A stretch of DNA of 60,999 bases, the filler included, from Globobulimina sp. (Eukaryota), in NCBI GenBank assembly GCA_003354225.1. It is 17 parts of 17 records of this genome, joined end to end, with 100 filler letters (N's around TTAATTAATTAA, not from the genome) between each part and the next. Parts side by side here need not be neighbours in the genome. Positions count along the whole stretch, not along the records: positions 43,144 to 46,636 come from PIVH01002674.1; positions 46,737 to 50,228 come from PIVH01002675.1; positions 50,329 to 53,819 come from PIVH01002676.1; positions 53,920 to 57,409 come from PIVH01002677.1; 13 more parts are not named here. One strand, given 5' to 3'. A program made the position numbers and the translations under genes. The notes under the pieces were generated by a model. The model ran no database searches and was not told the DNA's origin. It saw nothing but the letters and a program-made list of their open reading frames with translations. Positions 45,833 through 57,509 of this stretch are shown here, in pieces. Every line of letters starts with the position of its first letter. Position 1 is the stretch's first letter.

Positions 45833-46636
45833 TTAAATAAAGCTACAAAACATTGGATTGTTATTATTGAATTGACTTTTTAATGATTGTATCGCATTAT
45901 AGACACGTTTTTGATTACCAACTTGATTCGGTAATAATATCGAATAAATTGACGATAAAAATGGAGGCTGATTAAATTTCCAAATCGATTTATATAAATC
46001 ATAAACAGCAAACATTAAATCAACTGATTTTATCATTGTATTATTTTTGTATTCAAGCAATTCATTATTTATTTCATTACAATATTTTACAGATTCTTTT
46101 TTATCAATGGTTTGCAATAAAAAATTCCAGATTGTATATGCAATCCATTCTTGATTCATTGATTTTGTATTCCGCAAAACCATTTTATTAAATGTACGTT
46201 GTGTAATTATAACTTGTTCGTTTCCCTTATTCCGATTATTAAAATTTTTACTTAAATATCCTCGCAATGTCGGTCGCAAATTAATTGCCTCCAATTTTTC
46301 GTCCTGTTGGTTATTTTCATGCAATGCGTCACTCATTTCTTCATAAGCAATAAAATAATCATTTTTGAGATTTATCCGCGTCCAAATCTCTAACATTTTG
46401 ATTTTAATCCCAGGAATTTTCTCAATCGATAATATCCGTAAACATTTTTTGATTTGCTTTGACTTTGTGTCCCGTATTAAACCACACATAATCTCAAACG
46501 CAGTCAAACGTACATTATCATGAAACTTACCATATTTGCAAAATTGTCTGATTTTCTTGATGGATAATTCTAATTTTGTATGTTGCGGATGATTTAAATG
46601 CAATTTACAAAATGTTTTCAAACACGAACTGCGTAC
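45833..46636 (-). CDS. TAF2 (TFIID subunit 2)-like C-terminal region, 5'-truncated
   Basis: VRSSCLKTFCKL...FCKYGKFHDNVRLTAFE resembles the TAF2 segment ITVSCL...YGHFVDIRIAALE as I recall it. Confidence 0.5.
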   Translation of the reverse strand, partial: VRSSCLKTFCKLHLNHPQHTKLELSIKKIRQFCKYGKFHDNVRLTAFEIMCGLIRDTKSKQIKKCLRILSIEKIPGIKIKMLEIWTRINLKNDYFIAYEEMSDALHENNQQDEKLEAINLRPTLRGYLSKNFNNRNKGNEQVIITQRTFNKMVLRNTKSMNQEWIAYTIWNFLLQTIDKKESVKYCNEINNELLEYKNNTMIKSVDLMFAVYDLYKSIWKFNQPPFLSSIYSILLPNQVGNQKRVYNAIQSLKSQFNNNNPMFCSFI

Positions 46637-46822
46637 NNNNNNNNNNNNNNNNNNNNNNNNNNNNNNNNNNNNNNNNNNNNTTAATTAATTAANNNNNNNN
46701 NNNNNNNNNNNNNNNNNNNNNNNNNNNNNNNNNNNNTTTCTTTCGTGCGGAGGCTAAGGATTAGAAAGGGTGGTTCAAGTAAGTGAAGGTTTTTTGTTTT
46801 GTAAAATATTAAAATCTAGTTT

Positions 46823-47776
46823 TTAAATTATGTCTTCAAGGGGTGGCGGATTTTGTTTATGCACAGATAAGTCTGTGTCTACACTGTTACTTTTAATTAT
46901 GTCTTTAATTTCTTCATTATTGTTAGTATTGTTTGGTATTTCTTGCTTATCCTCGGCTAAATCTACTATTCTTGGCGTTGCATCAATATTTTTTGTATCA
47001 TTTTCTTGATCACTAGTATGAGTACGTAATAATTCCATCATATTATAATCTGTAATTAAATCATCGAGTGATATTTTATATTTACAAGCTGGGCATTGAA
47101 TGTCAGCAAAATAATAAATGTTTGTTTGTTTATTTATTATGTAATCCACAATTGCAAAACACTCAAATATGTGCCTACATTTTATAGATTTCTTTGGATA
47201 TTTTATAGTACATTGTGTCAGCGGGCATTTTATTGACTTTTTTGACTCAATTATTTGTAGCTCGCTATCTTCATTGTCATCATCATTGGCATTGTGATCA
47301 ATAATATTATCATTATTTTTATGTTCATCCTCCATTAAATCTCGAATTATGCAAATTCTTTGACTCATCAATTGATAGCATTTATTGTCATTTTTATTTA
47401 TATTTTGTGTATTAATATTTACAATATCTCCATTTAACAAATCCATCAAAGTATCTCGCTCTTCATTTAATGTTTGATTTATTTCTTGCAAAGAATCAAT
47501 TGCATTTAAGCTATTTTCAAAACACTGTTTAAGAGCCATGACAATGGATGTTTGCTCTGTTTGTATTTTCAATATCCATTCAAAAAAGTTTGATAAATCA
47601 ATATTTTTACGATATTTCAACAAAGAGATAATACATTGTCTCTCCATTAATAATGCCTCGGATAAATTTAAAGCACCATCCAAGTCAATATTGAGATTTT
47701 TTCCGTTGCAATTGCTGGCATTTATGTATGAATCATTGTTTAATTTGCGTCGTTTAGGACATGGAGGGGTTGACAT
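46823..47776 (-). CDS. SP-RING (Nse2/MIZ-type) SUMO E3 ligase-like protein
   Basis: SIKCPLTQCTIKYPKKSIKCRHIFE..AIVDYI...CPACKYKISLDDLITD; N-terminal NLS PKRRK. Confidence 0.8.
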   Translation of the reverse strand: MSTPPCPKRRKLNNDSYINASNCNGKNLNIDLDGALNLSEALLMERQCIISLLKYRKNIDLSNFFEWILKIQTEQTSIVMALKQCFENSLNAIDSLQEINQTLNEERDTLMDLLNGDIVNINTQNINKNDNKCYQLMSQRICIIRDLMEDEHKNNDNIIDHNANDDDNEDSELQIIESKKSIKCPLTQCTIKYPKKSIKCRHIFECFAIVDYIINKQTNIYYFADIQCPACKYKISLDDLITDYNMMELLRTHTSDQENDTKNIDATPRIVDLAEDKQEIPNNTNNNEEIKDIIKSNSVDTDLSVHKQNPPPLEDII

Positions 47777-47834
47777 GGTTCAAATCGATGGAACTTAATT
47801 TAAAGGTTACTCTGAATCAACGTATTTTATTGCA

Positions 47835-49172
47835 ATGTTGTTGACAGTGTTTCTATATTTAGACGTATTGCATGCATCATCACCATATTTAGTTAGTAAT
47901 TCAGCAGAATTAACACCGACTCAATTGACACAAAATGGTGCCACTTTAACCATTGGAATTCCATCATTGGTCTCAAATAACGGGCAACAATGGACACTAA
48001 ATGGTGGTAGTTATGTCGGTTGGCATCACCATGTATCGCTGGACGCTGCGACATTTGGACTGCAGAACACATTATCCTCAGAGTTAAATGTTGCAATAAA
48101 TAGCATTTATACGTCCGGAGTTCCAAACGATTTAGAGATCATAATCTCATTCAGTGTTGATGACAGTCAATATATCTCATTAATGATGAGAATGGATAAC
48201 AACGCAAATAACAGAGTGTATCCAAATTGTGCTACAGCATTACCAACAAATCAGCATTGGGCAACTGGGAATATTGAATCATTGGTAGCTACAGATAACG
48301 GCGACACACGTGACACGAAAGCAGGAGTTGATGCTCCTGCAGTATATGCCGAGATGTCTTTTACTAATAATTATTGGCCATTGCAGTTTACATTCATCAA
48401 TGATCCATCACAGAATATTTTAACTTTTCAATATTTATCGCATGTGTGCTATTTCCAAGCGTCACTAGCACCAAATAAAGGATTTGATATTTTTATTGGT
48501 ACCGAAGAGAATAACGAGTTATTTACAATAAGTTCATGGAGCTTAAATTATTCATACTACGCAACCACTGAGCCAACGAACGCTCCAACCGGTAATCCAA
48601 CAACTTTGCCAACATCAAATCCAACATATATACCAACATCAAATCCAACCTATATACCGACTGTAATAAATGATAAAGAAGTCACTGGAGAAGAAACTAC
48701 AACGGCGATGACTGCGATACACGGTGATCATGAACAAGATACGCTGGACAATGAAGGAGATACATTCTTGGATGCACTGTTTTTTATATTAATTGGTTTA
48801 GTATGTGGTGTGTTGTTGGGATGCTGTATCGGATTTATTTATTATCGAAAGAAACAAAAACAAAAAGAACAAATAAAAGCATTGGAGAATTATGGTGATG
48901 ATAAACAGAGAAAAAGCAGTCTGTCTTTGCAGAAAATAACAAAAGCAAATGATATGGATATGGTTAATAGGGAGTTTTGTCGAATAAACAGTGTTTCAAA
49001 TGTAGTTAATGTTGCTTCGTCTCCAACAAATGAAGGTAATGCAGTTTTGATAATAAATGATCGAGAAACACGATTGCCGCCACCAAACACAAGGAAAACG
49101 TCAGATGGTGACAACAATGAACAAGAAGGAGAGAGCGATGTAGATATTGACGATATAGATATAGTTTTGTAA
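47835..49172 (+). CDS. Type I cell-surface protein (signal peptide, beta-rich ectodomain, PT-repeat stalk, TM, tail)
   Basis: Signal MLLTVFLYLDVLHA; stalk PTNAPTGNPTTLPTSNPTYIPTSNPTYIPT; TM LFFILIGLVCGVLLGCCIGFIYY followed by RKK. Confidence 0.85.
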   Translation: MLLTVFLYLDVLHASSPYLVSNSAELTPTQLTQNGATLTIGIPSLVSNNGQQWTLNGGSYVGWHHHVSLDAATFGLQNTLSSELNVAINSIYTSGVPNDLEIIISFSVDDSQYISLMMRMDNNANNRVYPNCATALPTNQHWATGNIESLVATDNGDTRDTKAGVDAPAVYAEMSFTNNYWPLQFTFINDPSQNILTFQYLSHVCYFQASLAPNKGFDIFIGTEENNELFTISSWSLNYSYYATTEPTNAPTGNPTTLPTSNPTYIPTSNPTYIPTVINDKEVTGEETTTAMTAIHGDHEQDTLDNEGDTFLDALFFILIGLVCGVLLGCCIGFIYYRKKQKQKEQIKALENYGDDKQRKSSLSLQKITKANDMDMVNREFCRINSVSNVVNVASSPTNEGNAVLIINDRETRLPPPNTRKTSDGDNNEQEGESDVDIDDIDIVL

Positions 49173-49341
49173 ATATAACACCAATTATTGACACTTGATG
49201 AATATTATAATTATTTACCCAAAACAACGCCAGCAAAATAAACTAAAAATACCATACTTTTTACTTTCGCCAAAAACAATACAACCTTTTTTTTTTGTTT
49301 GTTTGATGGTAGCATAGGTAGCATAGCTCAAAATACAAGCA

Positions 49342-50228
49342 ATGAGTGACAATATTGACGCAGATAAAGATTTAATACAATTATTGGAAAGTCAGCTAAA
49401 AACGTCAGGTAATCGATATTTAAATGTTAGAAGAGAATTGTTACGAACATTAACATCAAATGCCAAATTATTAGAGTATATACAATATACAGAAGATCAA
49501 TTATTGTTTTATAAAGAGAAAGCATTATTTAATAAAAAATCTGAAATACACACATTACCGCAAAAGATACGTTTTAATAATCGACAAGATTATGATATGA
49601 ATATTCAGCAAAATCAAGCAGCAGGAAAACAAATAAATGTATCATCCACATCCAGCAAAGTAGAAGAAAGCAACGGTACCATCTCACCAAATCTACAAAC
49701 GTATGAAATTTTTCTTTTCTTTTTTCCCAAATTTTAAAATATATCCACTTGCGAAATACAAATAAGCTATGAAAAATTCGTGAGTTTATTATCAAGCAAT
49801 GATTTAACGATGGAATCATTTTTATCGTCAATTTGCACAATTTTATCATTTGATGCAGCATCAATATTTTCTATATCCCATTCATTGAATAAAATCCAAT
49901 GTGAATTATCGACGTTAACTCATTTAAATAACAAATGTTTAAATAACAAAGGTTTCTTATCCCAAAGTGTTAAACATAAGAAACGAATAATTATTTCCAA
50001 TGTTAATCAAACGAATTTCCAATTTAATAAAGAAATCGATGATAGATTTCATGGCTTAGATGGTAAACATGAAACATTTACGGTATGTTTAGAACCATTG
50101 TTTACATTCGATGATGAAAAAAATCAAAAAATGGTCGGAATTTTAGAATTAGTAAGTTGCGGAAATACAAATGATGAATATAATACTTCAATGTTTTGCA
50201 ATATTCTACAATTTTCGCGAAATCTTGC
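49342..50228 (+). CDS. Coiled-coil + GAF domain protein; intron 49701-49766; 3'-truncated
   Basis: ICTILSFDAASIF...KGFLSQSVKHKKRIIISNV...FNKEIDDR...TVCLEPL...MVGILELV is a PDE-type GAF pattern; a 66-nt intron joins the frames. Confidence 0.75.
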
Positions 50229-50455
50229 NNNNNNNNNNNNNNNNNNNNNNNNNNNNNNNNNNNNNNNNNNNNTTAATTAATTAANNNNNNNNNNNNNNNN
50301 NNNNNNNNNNNNNNNNNNNNNNNNNNNNAGATCCAACGAAAATAACAACTTCCTGTACGTCGAGATTCGTGTTTTCTAACAATTAAATCTGTTCCGCAAA
50401 GTTGGCAAACACCATACACAGTTGTGAAAATGCTGAAGTTGTCGAGTTTTAAATA

Positions 50456-52414
50456 ATGGCTGACCCTGAATACGAAAATAAATATGATATCTTTGACGGC
50501 CTTGCAATGGATATGAAACAACCTGCAAAATCCATTGAATCGTTATTGGCATTATTTATGGACAAATACGCAGCGAAGACGCCAGATAATAATGCACAAA
50601 CTTTATACGATTTCAATGAAAAATTCACTGAGATATTGTCGTTATTATCAAGTGATGATAGCTATTGCATTTTAAATAGATATTATAAATCAGCAAATTA
50701 CAAAGAAATTACTCCATTGAAAGCTTGTTTAATTGGAATGCATTTATTCTCTCAAAATGCATCTGCATACACTGACAGACAACAGATATTCAATGAATAC
50801 TGGCGATTATTGCTATTATTTTGTAACAATGGCTCAAATCCAGCAATAGCACAAAGTCAATTTGATTATAATAATGAAGAATATTCATTTGAAACGCTAT
50901 GCAATTATTTATTAACATCACTGTACAACTTAATGTCGGATGAGGCTGAAATAATTAATCGATACATGTTTATAATGACATTTGGAACAGAAAAAAATAC
51001 AAAAAACCCAACCCGCTTTGATCCAGCAATATTTTCTGTGGAATATGTGCAATATGCCACCTCTTCAAATATTAATATTAATGTCACATTATGTGGCGGT
51101 GCATTTGTATCGCCCTTATTTGGATTTAATGCAAATGATAAATTGAAACAACTTCAATCCCCGTTAACTATTTATCAGTTATTGCAGAATGGATATGTTT
51201 TAATGGAAAATAATTCATCGGATCGCAAAGTATCGACACTTATTCACGAATTATTTATAAACAATAGCAACAAAGAATGGATCTCATACGGACATAATTC
51301 AACATTTATTTTATATTTATGGATTTTAAAGAATATTTATAAAGAATTTAGAAACGGTTATCAGCATTTATTGAATCAATGCTTCATTGCAATGACACAA
51401 AAACAATTCAAAGATGAAGAACTATCATTTGATATATTTTATTGTATCATGGATTTTGCCATTGGAGACTTTGCTGTTTTGCTGAATGATATTAACAATG
51501 AATTCTTTTGTAAATATTGTATGAAATATTTCCCGGCCATTCCGAAAAAATTTCAGTTTTGGTGTATTAATTTTGTTTTAAACAAATTATCAGATAAAAA
51601 TTTAGAAGTTTTGAAAGAAGCTACAAAGAATTATTCCGATTCGTGGCCCAAATTATTTTCAACAAAGTATGGAAACAATAAAAGTGATAGAAATATATTG
51701 TTATATTTATTGAAGTTATATAAAGGAGAATTTATAAATGGTAGAAATGCGAATGATTTTAGGGTTTTGTTGCAGAGACAATGTGGGAATGATGAAATTA
51801 TTGAGATTTTAATGGCAAATAAACTTCAAAAATTGATGATAAATAAAAGGTTATTGGTTGAATTATGGATGGAGAATAATAATAATTTGAGTGATAAGAG
51901 TTTAATGATAATTTTAGATGCGATATATGATGAAATTAATAGTGATTCGTATGATGAATGCAAATTAGGTTTATGCGCGACATTAACCGCAGGATTTGGA
52001 GTTCTTTGTAGTGATAAATTAGTAAATGCCAATTCAAAGCATTGTGTCTGGCATCGACTATGTATTATATTGTCAAATAAATATCAAAACAGGAAAAAAT
52101 GGATTGATTTGAGTGCGATTTTAGATAAAATATTTGAAAATAATCAAATGATACAATTTTTAATGAACAAACAATTATTAAATATAGATGACTGTTTTAA
52201 AGATATTTATAAATTAAAAAGAGCTTTGCTGCAAAAAAGCGATGATGAATATTATATTTTGAAAATAATCTTAAATTATTTGATGGAACAATCAGGTCAA
52301 ACATATAAGGAACAATTAAAATTGATTTGCATCGAGAATGAAAAAATTGCAATGAACATTCAAAACAAACCGAGATGTTCTCGATGTTTCAAAACATGTG
52401 CTTCTGTCTTGTAA
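50456..52414 (+). CDS. Hypothetical alpha-helical protein (652 aa)
   Basis: Long uninterrupted ATG-started ORF; no family recognised. Confidence 0.75.
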   Translation: MADPEYENKYDIFDGLAMDMKQPAKSIESLLALFMDKYAAKTPDNNAQTLYDFNEKFTEILSLLSSDDSYCILNRYYKSANYKEITPLKACLIGMHLFSQNASAYTDRQQIFNEYWRLLLLFCNNGSNPAIAQSQFDYNNEEYSFETLCNYLLTSLYNLMSDEAEIINRYMFIMTFGTEKNTKNPTRFDPAIFSVEYVQYATSSNININVTLCGGAFVSPLFGFNANDKLKQLQSPLTIYQLLQNGYVLMENNSSDRKVSTLIHELFINNSNKEWISYGHNSTFILYLWILKNIYKEFRNGYQHLLNQCFIAMTQKQFKDEELSFDIFYCIMDFAIGDFAVLLNDINNEFFCKYCMKYFPAIPKKFQFWCINFVLNKLSDKNLEVLKEATKNYSDSWPKLFSTKYGNNKSDRNILLYLLKLYKGEFINGRNANDFRVLLQRQCGNDEIIEILMANKLQKLMINKRLLVELWMENNNNLSDKSLMIILDAIYDEINSDSYDECKLGLCATLTAGFGVLCSDKLVNANSKHCVWHRLCIILSNKYQNRKKWIDLSAILDKIFENNQMIQFLMNKQLLNIDDCFKDIYKLKRALLQKSDDEYYILKIILNYLMEQSGQTYKEQLKLICIENEKIAMNIQNKPRCSRCFKTCASVL

Positions 52415-52483
52415 TGTAATCAATATTTAGCTGTCAATTTTTTCAGTCTTGGATACGAATTACGAAAACATTAGTAAAGATTT

Positions 52484-53356
52484 ATGATGGCAACGTTATT
52501 GCGTCAGTCACTTCGGACATACACCAATTCAACTCCAAAACAATCAAAATTCCAATTTTCCAAACAATTTGAGGATTTATGTTATAAACATCTATTAGTT
52601 GGACAACATAAACAACAGTCATGCCGTAATTGGTTATTTGACAAAGCAGATGCCACAAATTGGAAAATATCATTACCTGAACAAACATTTAAATTGCATT
52701 CTGATGTGGATACTGCACTGACTGTCCCATTGCAAATATTTGGAACCTATTCAAAAGAAACTAAATCATTTTTGTTTGCAAATCATAATAAAGAATTACT
52801 GGAAAAGCACCCAATGGTAATTTCAAAAATAAATCAACTGAAAAATAAATTTACGGAAATAAATGAATTCCAACAGATAATCATTGAAGATTGCGATGAA
52901 AACCTACCATATATTTTTGCTTCACTTATGATATCGTTGTTAAATATCGACGGATATTATGTTGGGTCTTATCCATACAATAAACAGCAGCCCATTGTGT
53001 TTATTTTGATGGATGAATTACTAAAATATAGTGACTATAACGAAGAGGAGTATATCGGCACAGATATGTCTGAGTTGATAACTACGTGGGATTTCACATT
53101 TAAATTTATGTGCAAGCAATGCGGATTGCATTTAAATGACAACATGACCATCTTTGAGAATTTTTTTGCTCATTATAATATTAAATGCAATCGGGAGGAA
53201 AACGTAATAATCACTGATTTTAACAGTGGAGCTGCCATAATAGTCACCAGATTGACATTGGAGAGAAATATGTTTCATCTCAAAGATATTGATTTCGACG
53301 ATCAAAATGAGATTCGTAGGATAAATGGTATTGATTTTAGAGCTGATAATCAGTAG
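52484..53356 (+). CDS. DUF6882-like protein with putative mitochondrial presequence
   Basis: N-terminus MMATLLRQSLRTY (Arg/Ser/Thr-rich, no acidic residues); core W.ISLPEQTF...LQIFGTYSKETKSFLFANHN resembles the Q.LG(S/T).S....(T/S)WLWAWAN signature. Confidence 0.6.
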   Translation: MMATLLRQSLRTYTNSTPKQSKFQFSKQFEDLCYKHLLVGQHKQQSCRNWLFDKADATNWKISLPEQTFKLHSDVDTALTVPLQIFGTYSKETKSFLFANHNKELLEKHPMVISKINQLKNKFTEINEFQQIIIEDCDENLPYIFASLMISLLNIDGYYVGSYPYNKQQPIVFILMDELLKYSDYNEEEYIGTDMSELITTWDFTFKFMCKQCGLHLNDNMTIFENFFAHYNIKCNREENVIITDFNSGAAIIVTRLTLERNMFHLKDIDFDDQNEIRRINGIDFRADNQ

Positions 53357-53403
53357 ATTTTGACTTGTCTTGCTTTTTATAAAAAGATGTTTTTTCCTAA
53401 CTC

Positions 53404-53819
53404 ATGTTAAACAGTACAATCTCAACCAGTACAATGCAGGTTATCCAGCCGACAAACGCAGTGGATACGTTTATAACAACGCAAGGTGCGTTATTGATCG
53501 CATCCGGGGTTCTTATCGTGTTGCTACTCTGCATCATCATATGCCTCATTTGGAAATGTATCACTTTGGGCAATTTGGCTAAAATGCAAAATGATTTCAA
53601 AAGCAAGCAGATTGAAATGGAGACAATCATCAAAACTAAAAACGACAAAGCAAAATACAATCGCGTTGCGCTGAGAGATAAAGCAAACGAACCATTTCCA
53701 GCAAAACACAAACATGATTTTGTCATCAGTTCGCCCAAAATGATAAATATTGTGATAACACCAAAAGAAAACCATCATAGATCATTTGACTTTGAGGATG
53801 ATGAAGATTTTGCATTGAT
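53404..53819 (+). CDS. Small single-pass membrane protein, 3'-truncated
   Basis: Thr/Ser-rich N-terminus; TM ALLIASGVLIVLLLCIIICLIW. Confidence 0.6.
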
Positions 53820-53919
53820 NNNNNNNNNNNNNNNNNNNNNNNNNNNNNNNNNNNNNNNNNNNNTTAATTAATTAANNNNNNNNNNNNNNNNNNNNNNNNN
53901 NNNNNNNNNNNNNNNNNNN

Positions 53920-56900
53920 ATTTGTTTGGTATTATTATTAATATTATTTGATTTTTGAAGAGCATTCATTTTTTGTTCCATTGTACTTAATCTATTTGTA
54001 ATTATTTTTAATTCTTTTAATAAATTAGATTCCAACGACTCACATTGTTGAATGTTCCCATCCACATAATCGCTAATTCCATTTATAATTGCCGCCTTAT
54101 TCTGTTCAAAATCTCTGTCTCTCGCATTATCTGTAAAAAAATCTCGCATTTCGTCTCTAACCGCTATCATTTTTTTTAAATATTTGGATATTTGTTTGAA
54201 TGTAACTTTTGAACCATGCAACGAGTCAACTTTGCTAAATAACCATTTACTTTCATCATTCAATTTGATCTCTAACAACATTTTCATCATCATCTTATTC
54301 AATGTGGTATCCTCCGCTTGTTTTGATTTTAATATTGCTCTATTTACATTATATTTCATTAATAATAAAAATTTGAAATAGTCATAAACTTGCTTCCAAC
54401 TCAGGGTCCTTATTTTAAATCGAATAATGTGAAATAATTTTATTGCTAACTCGTCATTCACATTCAACGAATGCTTCAACTGTGCAAATTCAGGCTCTTT
54501 TAATTCATAATTGCCTTGAATTTGCTCTGTCGATTCCATAAACGAATAGATGTCGGATATCATTCTCCCGCTCCAAAATGGATAGATCTTATGACATAAA
54601 TCATACTCGTTCTCGCAGCCCAAAAATAAATAATTAATTTCTGCGTCCCAGCTCATTTCATTCTTTTTTTCCAACTCGTTGGCACCAAAGTATTCCGACC
54701 GGAAATCTTCGACTTTTGAGGGGATTCTATGATTTTTCATTTGCACCTCTTGCATGAATGTCGTTTCTTGTCTTGTTATTGCTTCCAGATCGTTGTCGAA
54801 ATTATTTATTATTTTCTGATACTTTCCCAACATTTCATTGATTATTTTATTGTCAGTTAAAAATTGCTTAAATAGTTTTGAAAATGTAAACATTTGTTGG
54901 AGGGTAATGCGTGAACTGCAAAATGATAATACCGTATCAAATACTTCTCCTCTTTTTTTTTTCATTGCTCTTTGTTTCTTGTTTTCTTTTTCGTTTCCTT
55001 TCTCTTCTTTTTTTTCCTTTTCTTCTTTATATATTTCATGATCAACGTTGTTGATTTTAATAATATCAAACGCTGTGTTGTCCAAAATGGAGTCAATAAT
55101 TTTTTTACCTGCAGCTCCTCCTCCACCGCATCGTATTTACTTTCTTCTTTATTATGGTTCAATATGTGACTGATTTTAGTACTTTTCACATTCATTTGGA
55201 AATTCTCTGCCATTTTATTAATGAATGCAATCCATTTATTTCTCGAAATGTGTTTAAATGCCAAACCAGGGTTTTTCATCACTTTATTACTTTTGTCATC
55301 GTCGCGAATAGTTAATTGTGTCTGTAGTTCGTCTTCGTCATTTTTCGTAAGAAGTGTATATTTTATCCGGTCTGTTTTGCATCGTTGCTGATCTTGTTTG
55401 TAATGCTTGTATAAATTATTGATAATTCTGGTCAATTCGCCGCATTTCATAGCAGAAACATCGTGCATCAATTTATCAATGGTCTGTCTTATTTGCCCCA
55501 AAGTTACAAACGACTGCGCCTCGTCCAATACAGATTGAAATAAATCAGAAGCAGAGATTGTTTTGTGTCCCCAATCCCTTTTATCGACATCTGGATCAAA
55601 TGTGGAATCTACAAACTTGCAAAATACATCGTGAGTTGCGGTAAAACTGTCACCCTGATCCACAATCTTTGTGTTTAATGTACTAAATGTCCGTTGGTAT
55701 AACATTATGATTGATAAGACATCTTCGACGGTCATATATTCCAATGTTTGCTCAATTATTATCGAATTAAATTTATGTTTGGCAGTGTCGGCATACAAAT
55801 CATACAAATGGTCATATAATTGTTGAACATGCGACTCATTCCTCACTAATTTAGGTATGGTCTCATCATCAATCATATAATTGTCACCAAACCCTAATGT
55901 ATTATATAATATTCTCTTTAATAAATCTGCACTGCATTTCGCTTTCATTAATTTCGCATAAAACGTGGCATATCTGCTCAACTGCTCGAATATAAATCGC
56001 AGTGATTCGTCGTCTTGTAATAATCTTACATTTTTTAATCCATTTCTTCGATAATAAGCGATTGATGATTCAGTTATTTTGTTATTCCGCCTACTTTGTA
56101 TCTTGTCAAAGATTGAGGATATTTCATCCCTCACTGCCGAGGCTGTTATTGCGCCTTTGTGAAATAGCTCCATTCTTTCAACTACAATTTGCTGTTTCTG
56201 TTCAGCATCTAATACCTCATCGCCTTGCGCGTCTTGGTCTAATTGGGAGGCAAACACTGCAATTGATTGCTGTGCAAATAAATACGATCGCGTTGGTTGA
56301 TGGTCGCCATCAATGTCTTCTTCGTCAGCATATGGATTTGATTTAGCTTTCTCCTCTAATTCTCGCTGTAATTCATGATCTTCAGTGAAAATTATATCTG
56401 TTATGCCTTCGGGATCAATCTAAAAAAACAAAATAAACATTATGTGCCGGTATATATGTACATTGTTATAGAAGACTCGAATTCAGATTGCAAAATAAGC
56501 CACATTCAGATCAGATTTACCTTAGTTTGCAATCTGGAATTGAGTTATAACCAAATTGTCAGATATATATATCATACGATGTCAAATTTAAATGATTTAT
56601 AAACCATGTTTAATACATGTTGTCTACTGACATATAATCGCGAATGTTGTTTTAATATATTTTCGCGAACTGAATTATTCAAAAAATATAATGCATATAA
56701 AGTGTTTCTTATAGTCCACAATTCGCATTTTACTTCGCCGCCTTGCACCGAGGTTCGCATTGAATTAAAAAATGGAATGGCGAGGGTCACATTACGTACA
56801 TCTTCAAATAAGAAATGAATTTGATCCTCAAATAGCGCAGCATCTGCACCGCGTTCTAGAATACCAGTCTGTGTGTCCCGTAACATATTCTTTATGATTC

Positions 56901-57409
56901 TCGTATCTTGGAATATTGCTTGTACCTCAGTCATATATCTAACAAATTTATCAAACACAGTGCCATTTCGGGTGTCACCTTCCCAGATGGTGTCATTGTC
57001 AGTGTCTACGGAAGTTACTATTCGCATTCTTTGCTCTCTATCTATACAATTAAGTGACTGCAACTCTTCCAATGCGTCGGCAATATCGTCACAGGAGACA
57101 TCCTTTAATTGTTTATCGAAATTCTCTTTTTGATCAAAGAAATCCGTAAAATCGTCCAAAACTAATTGAATATCGAATGGATATCTGCGAAATAAATGCA
57201 ACGGGAGATAATCATTGCGTAGTTTTTGAATACGTTCGAATATTGTAATTGATAATGGTTCGAAATATTCATTCCATAGAAAATCACCACCGTTTTTTTT
57301 CAAGCCGTTAAAGTTGATAAAATTATCAAAAAATTCATGTTTTGTCAGTTCATCTTCCGACGATAGGTTCATTACATGATTGTTTATTTTCTGCCCTAAT
57401 GAAAATACA
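53920..57409 (-). CDS. Large hypothetical helical protein spanning the contig; probable intron 56577-56420 and a frame discontinuity near 55100
   Basis: Three long same-strand ORFs; a 158-nt GT..AG intron joins the first two in frame; the second and third overlap in the -1 frame. Confidence 0.65.
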
Positions 57410-57509
57410 NNNNNNNNNNNNNNNNNNNNNNNNNNNNNNNNNNNNNNNNNNNNTTAATTAATTAANNNNNNNNNNNNNNNNNNNNNNNNNNNNNNNNNNN
57501 NNNNNNNNN

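Noticed and set aside
3498-57509. Regularly spaced TTAATTAATTAA repeats every ~3.6 kb as a biological array or nanochromosome ends
   Set aside because: They are embedded in fixed N-runs as six-frame stop linkers, genes are truncated at the edges and there are no telomeric repeats; this is an assembly artefact.
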